A stretch of 64,000 nt of DNA, from assembly GCA_030704615.1 (NCBI GenBank), contig CM060732.1:39866001-39930000 (forward strand), written 5' to 3'. The stretch is from Takakia lepidozioides. Its lineage: Eukaryota > Plantae > Bryophyta. Numbering within the stretch: position 1 is the first letter of the stretch; each line of letters starts with the position of its first letter. The notes beneath the pieces were generated by a model. The model was not told the origin of the DNA. It was given only the letters and a program-made list of their open reading frames with translations, and ran no database searches. Below are positions 25,788 through 37,031 of this stretch, piece by piece. Position numbers and translations under genes: made by a program.

Positions 25788-28700
25788 ATGGCCGTTGTGG
25801 TGGGTCAAATCCACAGGGGAGTAATAGGTGCATGGCGTCACTCCACGGTGGCATCCCTACACTCCCTCGTATCCCATCTGAAGGTACCCCCTCTCCCCTT
25901 CTCTCTCTCTCTCTCCCCAAAGTCTGGATGCATACCCTAAGTCCTGGCTCAAATGCGCAGGGAGGAGTAGGGACATGCCGTCTCTCCACGGTTGTATATC
26001 TCTACTCCCTGGCATTTCATCTGAAGGTATCTTTTTTGGATTCCAAGAGCTTCAGAGGGATTACATGCAACTCCCTCAATTTCTGTGTCTCAATAGCAGG
26101 TGTTTTTCGGTGGTAAAGAAAGGATAATCTCCAAGTTCTCTGTCATGGACTCAATATCAGGGGCATGGAACCAATTCCCTTAACCTCAGGAATGGCTTAA
26201 ACCCTGATATATAGTATGTTCTCCAGAAACCCTAGAAATACCTGCAAGTGTTTGCTGCCAATATTTCTAATAGCACTGAATCTCTTTCATGTTCTCTCTC
26301 TCAGCATTCATTGTATTGAAGGTTTATGAAGATCAATTTCATGTTTCTGTACAGGATGTTGCCATGTCGGAGGGCAACATCGCAGGTGCAGAGGTAGAGG
26401 CCATGCAGGATGCCATCTTTGAAAGAGAGACATCTCCCCAAGCAGGCGACAACCTAACTCCTCCATCCCCTTCACAAGGTATCCAATAAATTTTTGCTGC
26501 ACATCATTACTAGTGTAAAAGATAACTACATTGAGCCTAAAGCAGTGAAGAAAGACCAAAAATAACATATTGCAGTTGCAAGGGAGGGGGGAGGTGGCAG
26601 AGAGAGAGAGAGTAGACAGTTCATGATCAAAACTGAAAACGGTCCCACATAGAAACACATAGAGAGTATAGCATCTCACTGTACAGCCTTTTCAAGCACC
26701 CTCATAGTTTTTCAGTCCTCATTATGGCAGTAGGAGGAGACATAGCTCATACCCCAAACATATAAACTCCATTACAGTTGCTTAGAGATTCCTGACTTCT
26801 TAGTGAAAAAAGTTAAAAAGAGCAGATTTGTAAGATATACAGCTATACTTAAGAGGGAGGGTGGGTGTATGTATACTCGCCCTTTTGGAACTGTTGGTGT
26901 CAACCATTGATATAGTAAGCTCACCCTAACCCCAAGGATGGGATGGTGAGCTTAGTGACTTCAAAATTAACAAACACTCAAAATCTCTCGACCCAGTTCT
27001 GCCTTTACAAATCCTTACTGGAAATCCAGTTTTCAGGTGCTCTAAGTGGTAATCAGATGCACACTAGGTAGGCCCTTCTCACAAACAGATCTGCCTCCTC
27101 ACTTTCATATCTTATGGAAGCAACAATAGGAGGAATGTCTCCTTAAAGGCAACTTTTTTCCATGAAGGTGCAAGGTCATAGATCCTTCAACCCCAGAGGA
27201 AAGCAGCAGTGGTATGTTTAATACATACAAAGATTGAGGTTTGAGAGAGCTCAAAACCTCACTAGTCTCTTGCCCTTAGTAGCATTCCTGCAAGAAAAGA
27301 AGGTGAACTGGATCCATCACAGCCAAGCAACAAACCAATAGGTTAGATCCCTGTGGAACCTCAGGCGTAAACCACTTCACATTCCTATCAATGACATCCT
27401 GCAGCAGGTCATACTAGCAAAGAGAGGGGGGGTACGGGAGGTCCTTTCAGCCATTTCAGCTAGCAGTAGATATACAACTCAGCAGTACCTATTTTAGCCC
27501 ATGCTTTAGGTTAAGAACCCTAATCAGTAATTCCAATGAGTCATCCTGTTCCCTGTTTTCCCTTTCTGTTCTAGGCAAAAACTCTGATTAATGGGATCAG
27601 GCAGTTCATGAGTGCTGTGACAAGGACTTTGCCTCATTCAAGGAAAGAGACAATGTACTCATAAGAGGTTGTTTGCTGTGGCCTTGTGGCAATTGACCAT
27701 TTTGAGCGGAACACAAAGGGACAGGAACTACCTTTGTCAGGGGCTGACGCCTGTAGTATGACTTACCTTGGAACAGACAATTGATCCGAGTTTTCCAGAT
27801 ACCAGATATCCTCTAGAAATCCCTTTACACAAGCATCAAGGAAAGAGAGAGGGAGAGAGAGAGAGAGAGCCTCTCATTTTCAGGTTTCCTAATTCTGACA
27901 CAAAGCAGTAGCTACAGTAGACTAGCTAAGAGGTCAATGTACATTGACCACATCATGTAGAAGGTGTACACATATACTGCAGGATGCTGCTGCTACAGGG
28001 CCTTAACAAGAGATCATGGATTAGTTCGCCATCCAATGTCATGTTCGATCACTAGGAACCTTCATGAACACACCATTCTCCTTGCCTTACCAATAGAAAT
28101 TTACAAGCAGCTCAACAAGCAATATCTCAACACCACGACAGGATTAAGTAATCCAAGAGTGGAGTTAGCCATATTCAAGGATAGAAGAGAGCCAGAGGCC
28201 TGATCAGGCAATTCTTTAGTGTTGTTACAAAGAACTTTGCCACGTTCAAGGAAAGAGAATGTACTCACAAGACTTTGTTTGCCGTAGCCTTGTGGCCATA
28301 GACCCCGCACCCAGTTTGGACGGACAGATTGTACTCATAAGACGTTGTTGCCGTAGCCTTGTGGCCATAGACCCCGCACCCAGTTTGGACGGACAGATTG
28401 TACTCATAAGACGTTGTTTGCCGTAGCCTTGTGGCCATTGACCCCGCGCCCAGTTTGAGCGGGAACAAAAGGGACAGAACCTACCTCTGTCAGGGGCTGA
28501 CGTTGGTAGTAAGACTTACCTCCATATAAAGAATTAATCCGGGTTTTCCAGATTCTTCTAGAAATCCCTTCACACAAGCATCAATCTGCTGTGTGTGATT
28601 TGCCCAAAAACTAGGCCTCAGGAGGGCCTGGGCTTTTGGCTCAGCCTCGAGACTTTCAAAGTTGGTAAACAGGGGTACAGGCACAATTCCCTTAATAGAT

Positions 28701-31700
28701 TTGAAGAGAGCGTCTCTTTGGTGAGAGAACCCCGGACAGTGTATCAGAAAATGAATACTGTCTTCAGATTGCCCACACAACGGGCAATTGCACTCTCCCT
28801 TTCCTCTCTGCTTCTGTTTGCTGTTCAAAGGTAGGCTTCCTGCCCTGAGTTTAAATTTCAGTCTAGTGCCGAGAGTGGGTAGACCCTTGAGGTCATCCAA
28901 GATGTCCTCCCCCATGTCACAGACTGGAAACAAGTTCAGGGAAGTTTTCTGCCTAACTTCATTTTCATCAGACAATCTCATGGCAACAGACATGGCTGAG
29001 GACACTACAGCCTCTAAGTCAGATTTATCCAGCAGGGTCAAGACTTGCGGATCCAAGTCCAGGTCCTTGAGGATCTTTTCTACTCTCTTCTGCCAGGACT
29101 TAGCCTGTTTGACAGGGCGGTCCTGTTTCCAAGATATAGAGTCGATTAATTTAGGATATCTGGTGTTGGGCATATGTTGCAGCTGACCCCACCATCTGAC
29201 CTTGAATTCATCTCGTCGGGAGCTTAAGGACGGAATGCCAAACTCACCCTGAACAGCCACATTGGCTGTTTTGGAGCATGCTGACATACACTCCTTAAGC
29301 ACCCCCACTTGAATGGATTCTAGAGACTTAGCCTGGTTGGAGTTATCAACCCATATAGCAGATCCGTACTCCAAGGCAGGTCTAATAATGCGACAAAGCA
29401 TGGTTTTCTTAACCTCAGAGTTGACCCCTCTGCAGTGGAAAAATTTAGTGAGCCCCAGAGCTTTGCCCTTGCCAGTTTGAACAACTTTCCGGATATGTGC
29501 ATCCCAATTACAATTGGAGGAGAACTCAACGCCCAGGTAAGTGTAGAAAGGGAGGACCGGGATCTCTTGGCTACCCCACTGCCACTTAAGATCACTTCCT
29601 CCCTCTCCTCTATCGTTGAATGCTACCACTGCACATTTGCTGACATTAGCTAGCCCCCAAAGATCAAAGTATCTCTTCGCGCAATCAATCAACTCCTGGA
29701 GATTGGTTGGAGTCTCCCGTATGCCTGCGAAGTCATCCGCAAACATAAGGTATGGTGGTAACACCCACCCTTAACCCAAATCCCTCACTTTCCACATCCT
29801 CGAGGAGTTGATTGATGAAAACATTGAAGAGCAGAGGGGAGAGAGTACATCCTTGAGCTACACCTTGGTCTATGTCAAAGAAGTTGGACTTCTGTCCGTT
29901 AACAGTGACACAGCTTTTGGTGTGAGCATACAAGTTGTGGACAACTCTCCACATCTTTCCCTTGATCCCACAAGACCAGAGGCGGAACCATAGGCCATCC
30001 TCCACACTGTGTCATAAGTCTTTTTGACATCCAGGAAAAAGACATAAGTGGGTTTCCCTTCTTTTTTCCTTCCCTGGATAATCTGGCTTAGAGTGAAGAT
30101 ATGATCCACACAGCCCCTGTTTCGCCGAAAGCCAGCTTGGCCTTCGTGGAAACAACCTCTAGACTCCAGATCAACCTCGAGACGAGTACTTATAACTCTG
30201 CAGAATGTCTTGCCAACAGCATTGAGGAGCGTGATGCCACGGTAGTTCCCCAGTCCTTCTCTGTCACCCTTCTTGTATAGATTGACAATGACCCCCTGTC
30301 GCCAGCGAAAGGGATCATTTCAGTCTTCCAGATAAGGTTAAAGTGGAGAACTAGGGCCTCTATCATGGGATCGCCACCGTGCTTGATAAGCTCGTTGACA
30401 ATACCATGAGGTCCACCAGCTTTATATCCATTTAAATGTTCAATTGCTTCCACAATCTCAGAAGAACTAATGGGAGCATTATAAGCCATTGAAATATACT
30501 CCAGTACATCAGGGCTGTTTTGAATCATAGGAACAGTTTTTCCAACTGTGTCCCTCCATTCAGCAGAAGACCCCTCACTGTTAGACCTAGAAGTTCTGCC
30601 AAGGATACTGTAGTGAATTTCAAAGGTTTTGACAATGTCAACCGATGAAGTCACCACTGCACCTTTAGTAGTCTTCAGCGCTTGTACTTGCTGACCGTTT
30701 TTCGGTTTGTACACCAACCAGAATTTCTTGTCATTACCACCATGGTGGTTTGAGTTTATTTCACTGTATAACTTGTCCCAGTATAATTTCTTCTGAGACC
30801 TAACAAGCTGATTGATATCTTTACGGAGCTGGTAGTACCTCGCCCACAATTCTCTGTTGGTTTCCAAATTGCAGCACTCTTTATAGAGGGCTCGTCTCTC
30901 AGCTATCTTGAGTTTAATCTCATTAGTCCACCAATTAACTGCTCTACCGCAGACAATTAGTTTCCTCCCAATTATCTTGTCAGCCACGGAGGAAACGAAA
31001 CTCTCCCAAGAGTCCACTGCTCTTTCGACTTCATTTCTTGCGTTAACAGAGCGTGACTGAAGTTCTTGGAGCGATTGGACAAAATGAGGGAGAGCAGGGA
31101 CAGACAGAGAGAGAGAGAGAGAGAAAGGGTGAGAGAGTTGCTGGTGAAGGTTGTAACTACGGTATGTATGGGTGCAGATGTGACGGGAATCCAAGCTCGG
31201 TTGCGTGTGCTGAAGAAAGAAGAGCACAGGCTTCATGACAATCTTATCCCCACTGCAACTTGGCAAGTTCTTAACCGTCTACATGAGATAGGTGAGCTCC
31301 TCCCAGCCGCCCCAAATGATACGCCCATCAGACAACCCCATGTACTTGACTGCAAGAAAAGAGTTCAGAGTCTGCTTGCAGGATTCTTCCCTACCCCATA
31401 CCCTGTTTGGATATGTGTGAAAGGTGAACTCTGTGCGGACTCTTCTTGCCGTTAGGCTTCTGGCCAACTGAAGGTGTTTATAGCAAAAATGGGGAGAGGG
31501 GTTATGGAGCGGACTGGACAGCAGAACGGGCCCCACTGCTAATGCTGAAGGTTTTGCTCGTGAAGTGGATCCGCCTTTGTGAAACAGTGATTTTTGCCTG
31601 TCCCATAACCCTATTACTGCCCCCCAAGAATGATCACCTTTGATGAGGCACAATCTGTGCTCATGTGACTTGATGATAAGGAAATGTTTGGCCCTCCGCT

Positions 31701-34700
31701 GGAATGTCTTTTTTCCCGCTCCCTATCATGTAGTACATTCAGAATGACCATCTCTCGCCACTGTGACTGAAGAAAATTTCATGCTGGGGAGTGGGGTTGC
31801 AGGTTATGAGAGCTACCTGGTTGGAGGGAGTGTGAGAGATTTGCTGCTGAACCAAATTCCAAAAGATTTTGATGTCCTTTCTACGGCTGAACCTATTGAG
31901 GTATCTGTCTTTTCTGATATTGCAGTAAATTTCAACAGAAGAGAACTGTACTCGTTAGTTATGCTGCTCGTGCATTAGAAATAATGGCAGAACCTTGCAG
32001 CCATGACCGATTCTCTTTGCTGGTGAAAAGCCAAGCATTTCGCATCTGTGAGATTGTTTACTGCAGCTGGCAATCCGGAATGGAGTCATAGTGAGCAATG
32101 GTGGTAGCATCGTGTGATGATATCATAAAGATGAATAATATAGTGAAGATGAATTGCTGGACGTGCCAACAGGGTGCGTTACTCCCCGGAAAGTTTTTGG
32201 CAGTAGATCCTATTGTGTATTGAGGATGACCTGCCTGGGACATCCCACATTCTCCCATGGTTCTTCACTATTTTGTAGGTGTCAATCCCATTGTGCATTT
32301 CTGGTGTTATAGAAGGTGTATATGAGCATTCAAAATGGATTTCTTACTGGATTTCTTAATTTGGCATGGAGAGTATGTATATGATGAATGTCCTGTGTGC
32401 ACAACTCATACATCCCGATAACATGTCGATTAGCAGTCACACTGTAAAGCATGCCAGCAGAGAGAGGGAGCAGAATATTGTTTTGAGTTGCCAATGGTTG
32501 TTACAGATAAAGAAGAGCTTCCGAGGCCGGTGCATTATAGTAGGGAAGCGCTTTCCTATCTGCCATGTCAACTCAATGGACAGTGTTATTGAGGTGTGTT
32601 TCTTTACCAATTTATCTTTCCCTCTGGAAAAGTGGCATTCTCTCGCAGAAAGAAAAGCAATTTACAGAGAGAGTTCATGTACTTGCATAACCTCACTCCT
32701 CATTTTGTGTTGGCAATACCTCTTGTTTTGAGCTTTCTGAACCTTGGGTCAACTGTGAGTCAGGTTTCAAGCTTCAGCACAAACTCACACAACAAGGAGA
32801 CGGTGGCTGCTCATGGGTTGATAGAAGGTACCAAAGATTGGGGTGAACGTGATTTTGCCCGCTGGAAAAATGCTTTCAAGCGAGACTTCACTATCAATGG
32901 GTATGTATTTCCTTCACTCTCACCCTTTTTCACTTCTCTGATGCAACTATCAATTACTAGATTGAGAAAGAAAGAATCATAATAACATCAATAGGGGTCT
33001 CAAGAATCCAGGGGACAAGGAATGAAAGAACGTATTTAACTTTATAATGTCCAGAAGAGAAAGATTGGCTTGTGTTGGAAAGCAAAGGTGAAATGAGTGG
33101 CAACTGATAACTTCTCTCTGTAACTGCAGGCTTATGTATGATCCCTTCCTCAGCATCGTGTATGATTATGTGGGTGGCCTTCGAGATTTGAAGAAACTTA
33201 AGGTGAAGTCTGTGCTCTGGCCGCCCTCTTCTGGTTGGCTCATGTTGTGACTGCCAGTGTGCATTTATCTATAGTGCGTTACCTTGCCCTATGCTGTGTT
33301 TCTATTCTTAGTGGATTAGTGCTAAACCAGTGGTATTTGTTTCAATTTCTTTGGCCACTGGAAAGTTGCTGAAGTCTTCGTGTCCAGCTAGAGTTCCGTG
33401 GCTGAGATTTTCACCTGACAAGAAGGGATTGTATCTTCAGTGGTGATGCTCTCAGTGCTATTGTACCTGTGTAATGAGTGTGCTATCTTGAGCTGCCCTT
33501 TCTGTGAAGGTTGACATTTGTATAGTCTAGGAGGAAGACTCTTGCCGAAGCAAGCGTAACTTATGGTGTCGCTTCACCCCGAAGGGCTACTACCTTCCGT
33601 TTGGAAGGTGGACACGTTCTAATGGCGGTAACCAGGGCAACGTGCCCCTAGGACTTGAAAGTCCGTAGGTACTCACACAATAAGTAACCAGTTGACCAAT
33701 TACCCCCATTTTATAGCTTGGTTGGGCATAGTGGGTGACATCCAACATACACCTATGTGGCTTCGAATCCACACCACTTGTAAGGTGGCCTTGTGCCCTA
33801 ATCACTGGGTCATCTATTGGATGTTTTGTAGAGTCTAGGATACCATAGAGTCCTCTCTCCCTTCCTCTCTCATGTCTCAATTGTGCTTATATTACACTAA
33901 TAGACTCTTGTTTGCTGAGAAGGTGCGGACAGTGATCCCTGCAGATGAGTCATTCCAAGAAGACTCCGGTAGGTAATACTCGATTCTCCATCTCTTGTCA
34001 ATAGCTGTACAGTGTACTTCATGAGGAAGTTCTTGTTCTGGCAGTTACTTCAATGCTTTCTGATAAGGTGGTCATTAGCAATTCAATTCAATGGGTGGAT
34101 TCACATCAGATAAGTCAGGAGAGAGAGATTTACAAAAGTGATGGTTGGAGGTTCTGTATTTAAGATGTCTTTTGAGGAGGCTCTTGACTCCTTTCTCTGG
34201 GTGCTTTCTTGTATTTAAGATGTCTTTGAGGAGGCTCTTGACTCCTTTCTCTGGGTGTTTTCTTGAGGCACTATTGTGCCTCTGTTGTTGGAAACGTTCA
34301 TAAGTTTTTCACCCAATGCTGGGATGCAGCAAGGATACTGCGTGCAATTCGCATTGCAGCGCGCCTGGAGTTCACTTTTACCAGAAGCACAGCACGTGCT
34401 ATCCTTGATCATAAGCTCTCTCTACTTGATCTGAACAAGGTGAACATTTTAGTTTTCTTGCTTTGTTTGATATGAACAAACTGTTTGCGTGATCAAAACC
34501 CCTGGAGTTCATTCTTGTGTCTCTATCCCTCCCTCACTGCTGCAATGCCAACCCCTGCAATATTACCCACTAGAATTTCTTGCGGCTCCCACATCTTTTG
34601 AGGACTGTGCTCAACACATGTAGGCCTTGGCCATGGCACACACTTCCATATTCTGGCAATCCACTCCTTTGAAATACAGCTCGCGGGGTATTTCTAGATT

Positions 34701-36989
34701 CCTTCCCATATTGTGGCAGCTGGACAAAGAGCATTTAGCTAGGACCTTCTTGCCAGCTCTGTGAGGAGCCTGTCAGCTGGATGAGGGAGGAATATGGAAC
34801 TCCAAACACAAATCCACTAGAATGAATGGTGGATTGGAAATTAAGGGTATTCAGTAAGGCAAATCCCATCCCTGCAATCAGATGGCAGACAACTGAGAGA
34901 GCACAGGTCTGCATGGACTTATTACATAAAGGGTGAAAGAGAATTTGCTTATGGCCAGAGAGTGGTAACAACCCAAGGGGTGACTGTCTCTCTCTCTCTC
35001 TGCAGACAAGATTGCAGTTAGAAGCCAACATGATGCTGGCCTACGGTGCATCAGAGCGATCAGTGCGTCTGCTATGGAAATATGGGATCCTTGAATACTT
35101 ATTCCCTCTTCAGGTCTTTCATTCTCATAATTGTTTGGCAGCGTCCCTGCATGTTGCACCTCATCTCTGCCTTTATTTTGGTCTTTCGATATAGTTTCTT
35201 CAGGTTCCCTATGTATATTCAAAGTTCGTTCTTCTCTGTTTCTGTCTTTGAGCTTCTGTGGACATTAGGAAGTTTCATTTCATTTCTCTTTGTTCATTTG
35301 GTTTTGGATTCTGGTATGTTGTTGTGCATGTACTGAGTTGGTTGTGGGGAGCAGGCACAATATTTTGAAGGCCGATTCTTCAAAAGACGGGACTCAGGGA
35401 CAAATCTTCTTCTGGTGGGTTTTCCATGTTTTGTTGTTTGTTGCAAATCCTGCTTGACTGAGTATCCTGGCATCACTCACATAGAGATAAGGAAAGAATC
35501 TTGATAATCTCCCCAGAATGGAAGTTGGACGCCAGTATAGTGAGTGTCTTGTTCTTCAGACTTAACAGTGGGCGTATTTGTCAGAGTAAGCAAGCACTAG
35601 TGTGTCCGGCATGACTCTTTCATGAAGATGCACTGCTTGTTCTTGGAACATGCAGGAACTGTTGGCGAATCTCGATAAGGCCACGTCTCCAAACCACCCC
35701 TGCCACGGTGGCTTGTGGTAGTGCCAAACCTACCTCCAAACTTCCTTCACTGAAATTGTGACATATTCCCTTTTCTGGTTTTCCCTTCTTTTGTGTGTCT
35801 CCCTGCGAATTCAGCAATTCTCCTATGCACATGTCAGTAGTCTGTACAAAAGTTTCTTCCTTCACCCATACAGCAATGTAGGCTGGGTCCTTGTTGTCAT
35901 CTGTTATTGTATTAACTCTGCAGAGTGAGAAAGAAAAGTCACAAAGTACTCCTATGCACATGTCAGTAGTCTGTACAAAAGTTTCTTCCTTCACCCATAC
36001 AGCAATGTAGGCTGGGTCCTTGTTGTCATCTGTTATTGTATTAACTCTGCAGAGTGAGAAAGAAAAGTCACAAAGTACTAAAAGAGACCAAGCTTCGAAA
36101 TCAATTTTGAAGCACGAGCCATCTCTTGTTCTCAATTCTTGAATGCACCAAAGCCTTGTTGAACCAGTCAGGCCACTGGATGTACAAAAGCACTACCCAC
36201 AGAAGACTTCTCAACTTCCTTTTCTGAGGTCGGAAGCCTCAGGTAGAAGCCCTCTGGGTCATGGCACCCTCTCTCTCTCTCTCTTTCTTTACAGAAAACA
36301 ACGTCTTATGAGTACGCTCTCTCTCTCTTTCTCATAATGTGGGTGCGAACCCCGCAAAAGGCCCAGGAGGGTGAGTTTCCTGCGGGGTCAATGGCCGCAA
36401 GGCTACGGCAAGCCAATGTTTGCAAGGAACAGCATGAGTACATTCTCTGATTGTTTCGGGAAAAAATGTCTTTTGGGAATAGGGCTGCCGTGCTGGCATT
36501 TCATCTTGCGTTGATCAACAGGCGACGAAGGCCGGTGGCGGTATCTGCTGTGGCACTGGCAATGTACCATGAAGAGGGTCTATCGAGAGCGTTAGTGAAG
36601 GCCAGAAGGATACATGAAAGAGCTGACAGAGAAGCTACAACTGTGTGGAGTGAACTCGCGTAAGTAGATGCACCTTTTTGGTTTGCTGGCTTCTCTTTTG
36701 GCATTTACCAATCAAGAACCTTGAACATTTTGTCGAAGGAAGGGAGAGGGATGAAATTCTTAGTGTTCAATGTGATCCCCATAGGCATGCCAACAGCAAA
36801 TGTGACAGAGGTACTATGGGTAAGGTTGATGGAACAGTTCAGAAACAGCTGAGATGGATGAGGTCACTCTGGACGACTGTAAAGGGCTATTGAATGCATC
36901 ACTTGACTACTTGAGTCACATGTCAAGCCCTTCAATTACTGGCCAGGCCATGCACACGCTGACGGGTGACGATCCAGCATCAGATCGGG

Positions 36990-37031
<42 letters not shown>

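Noticed and set aside
28260-28470. CRISPR-like appearance of the ~69-bp repeats
   Set aside because: The units are contiguous with no unique spacers, match the LINE 3' tail, and there are no cas genes in this eukaryotic context.
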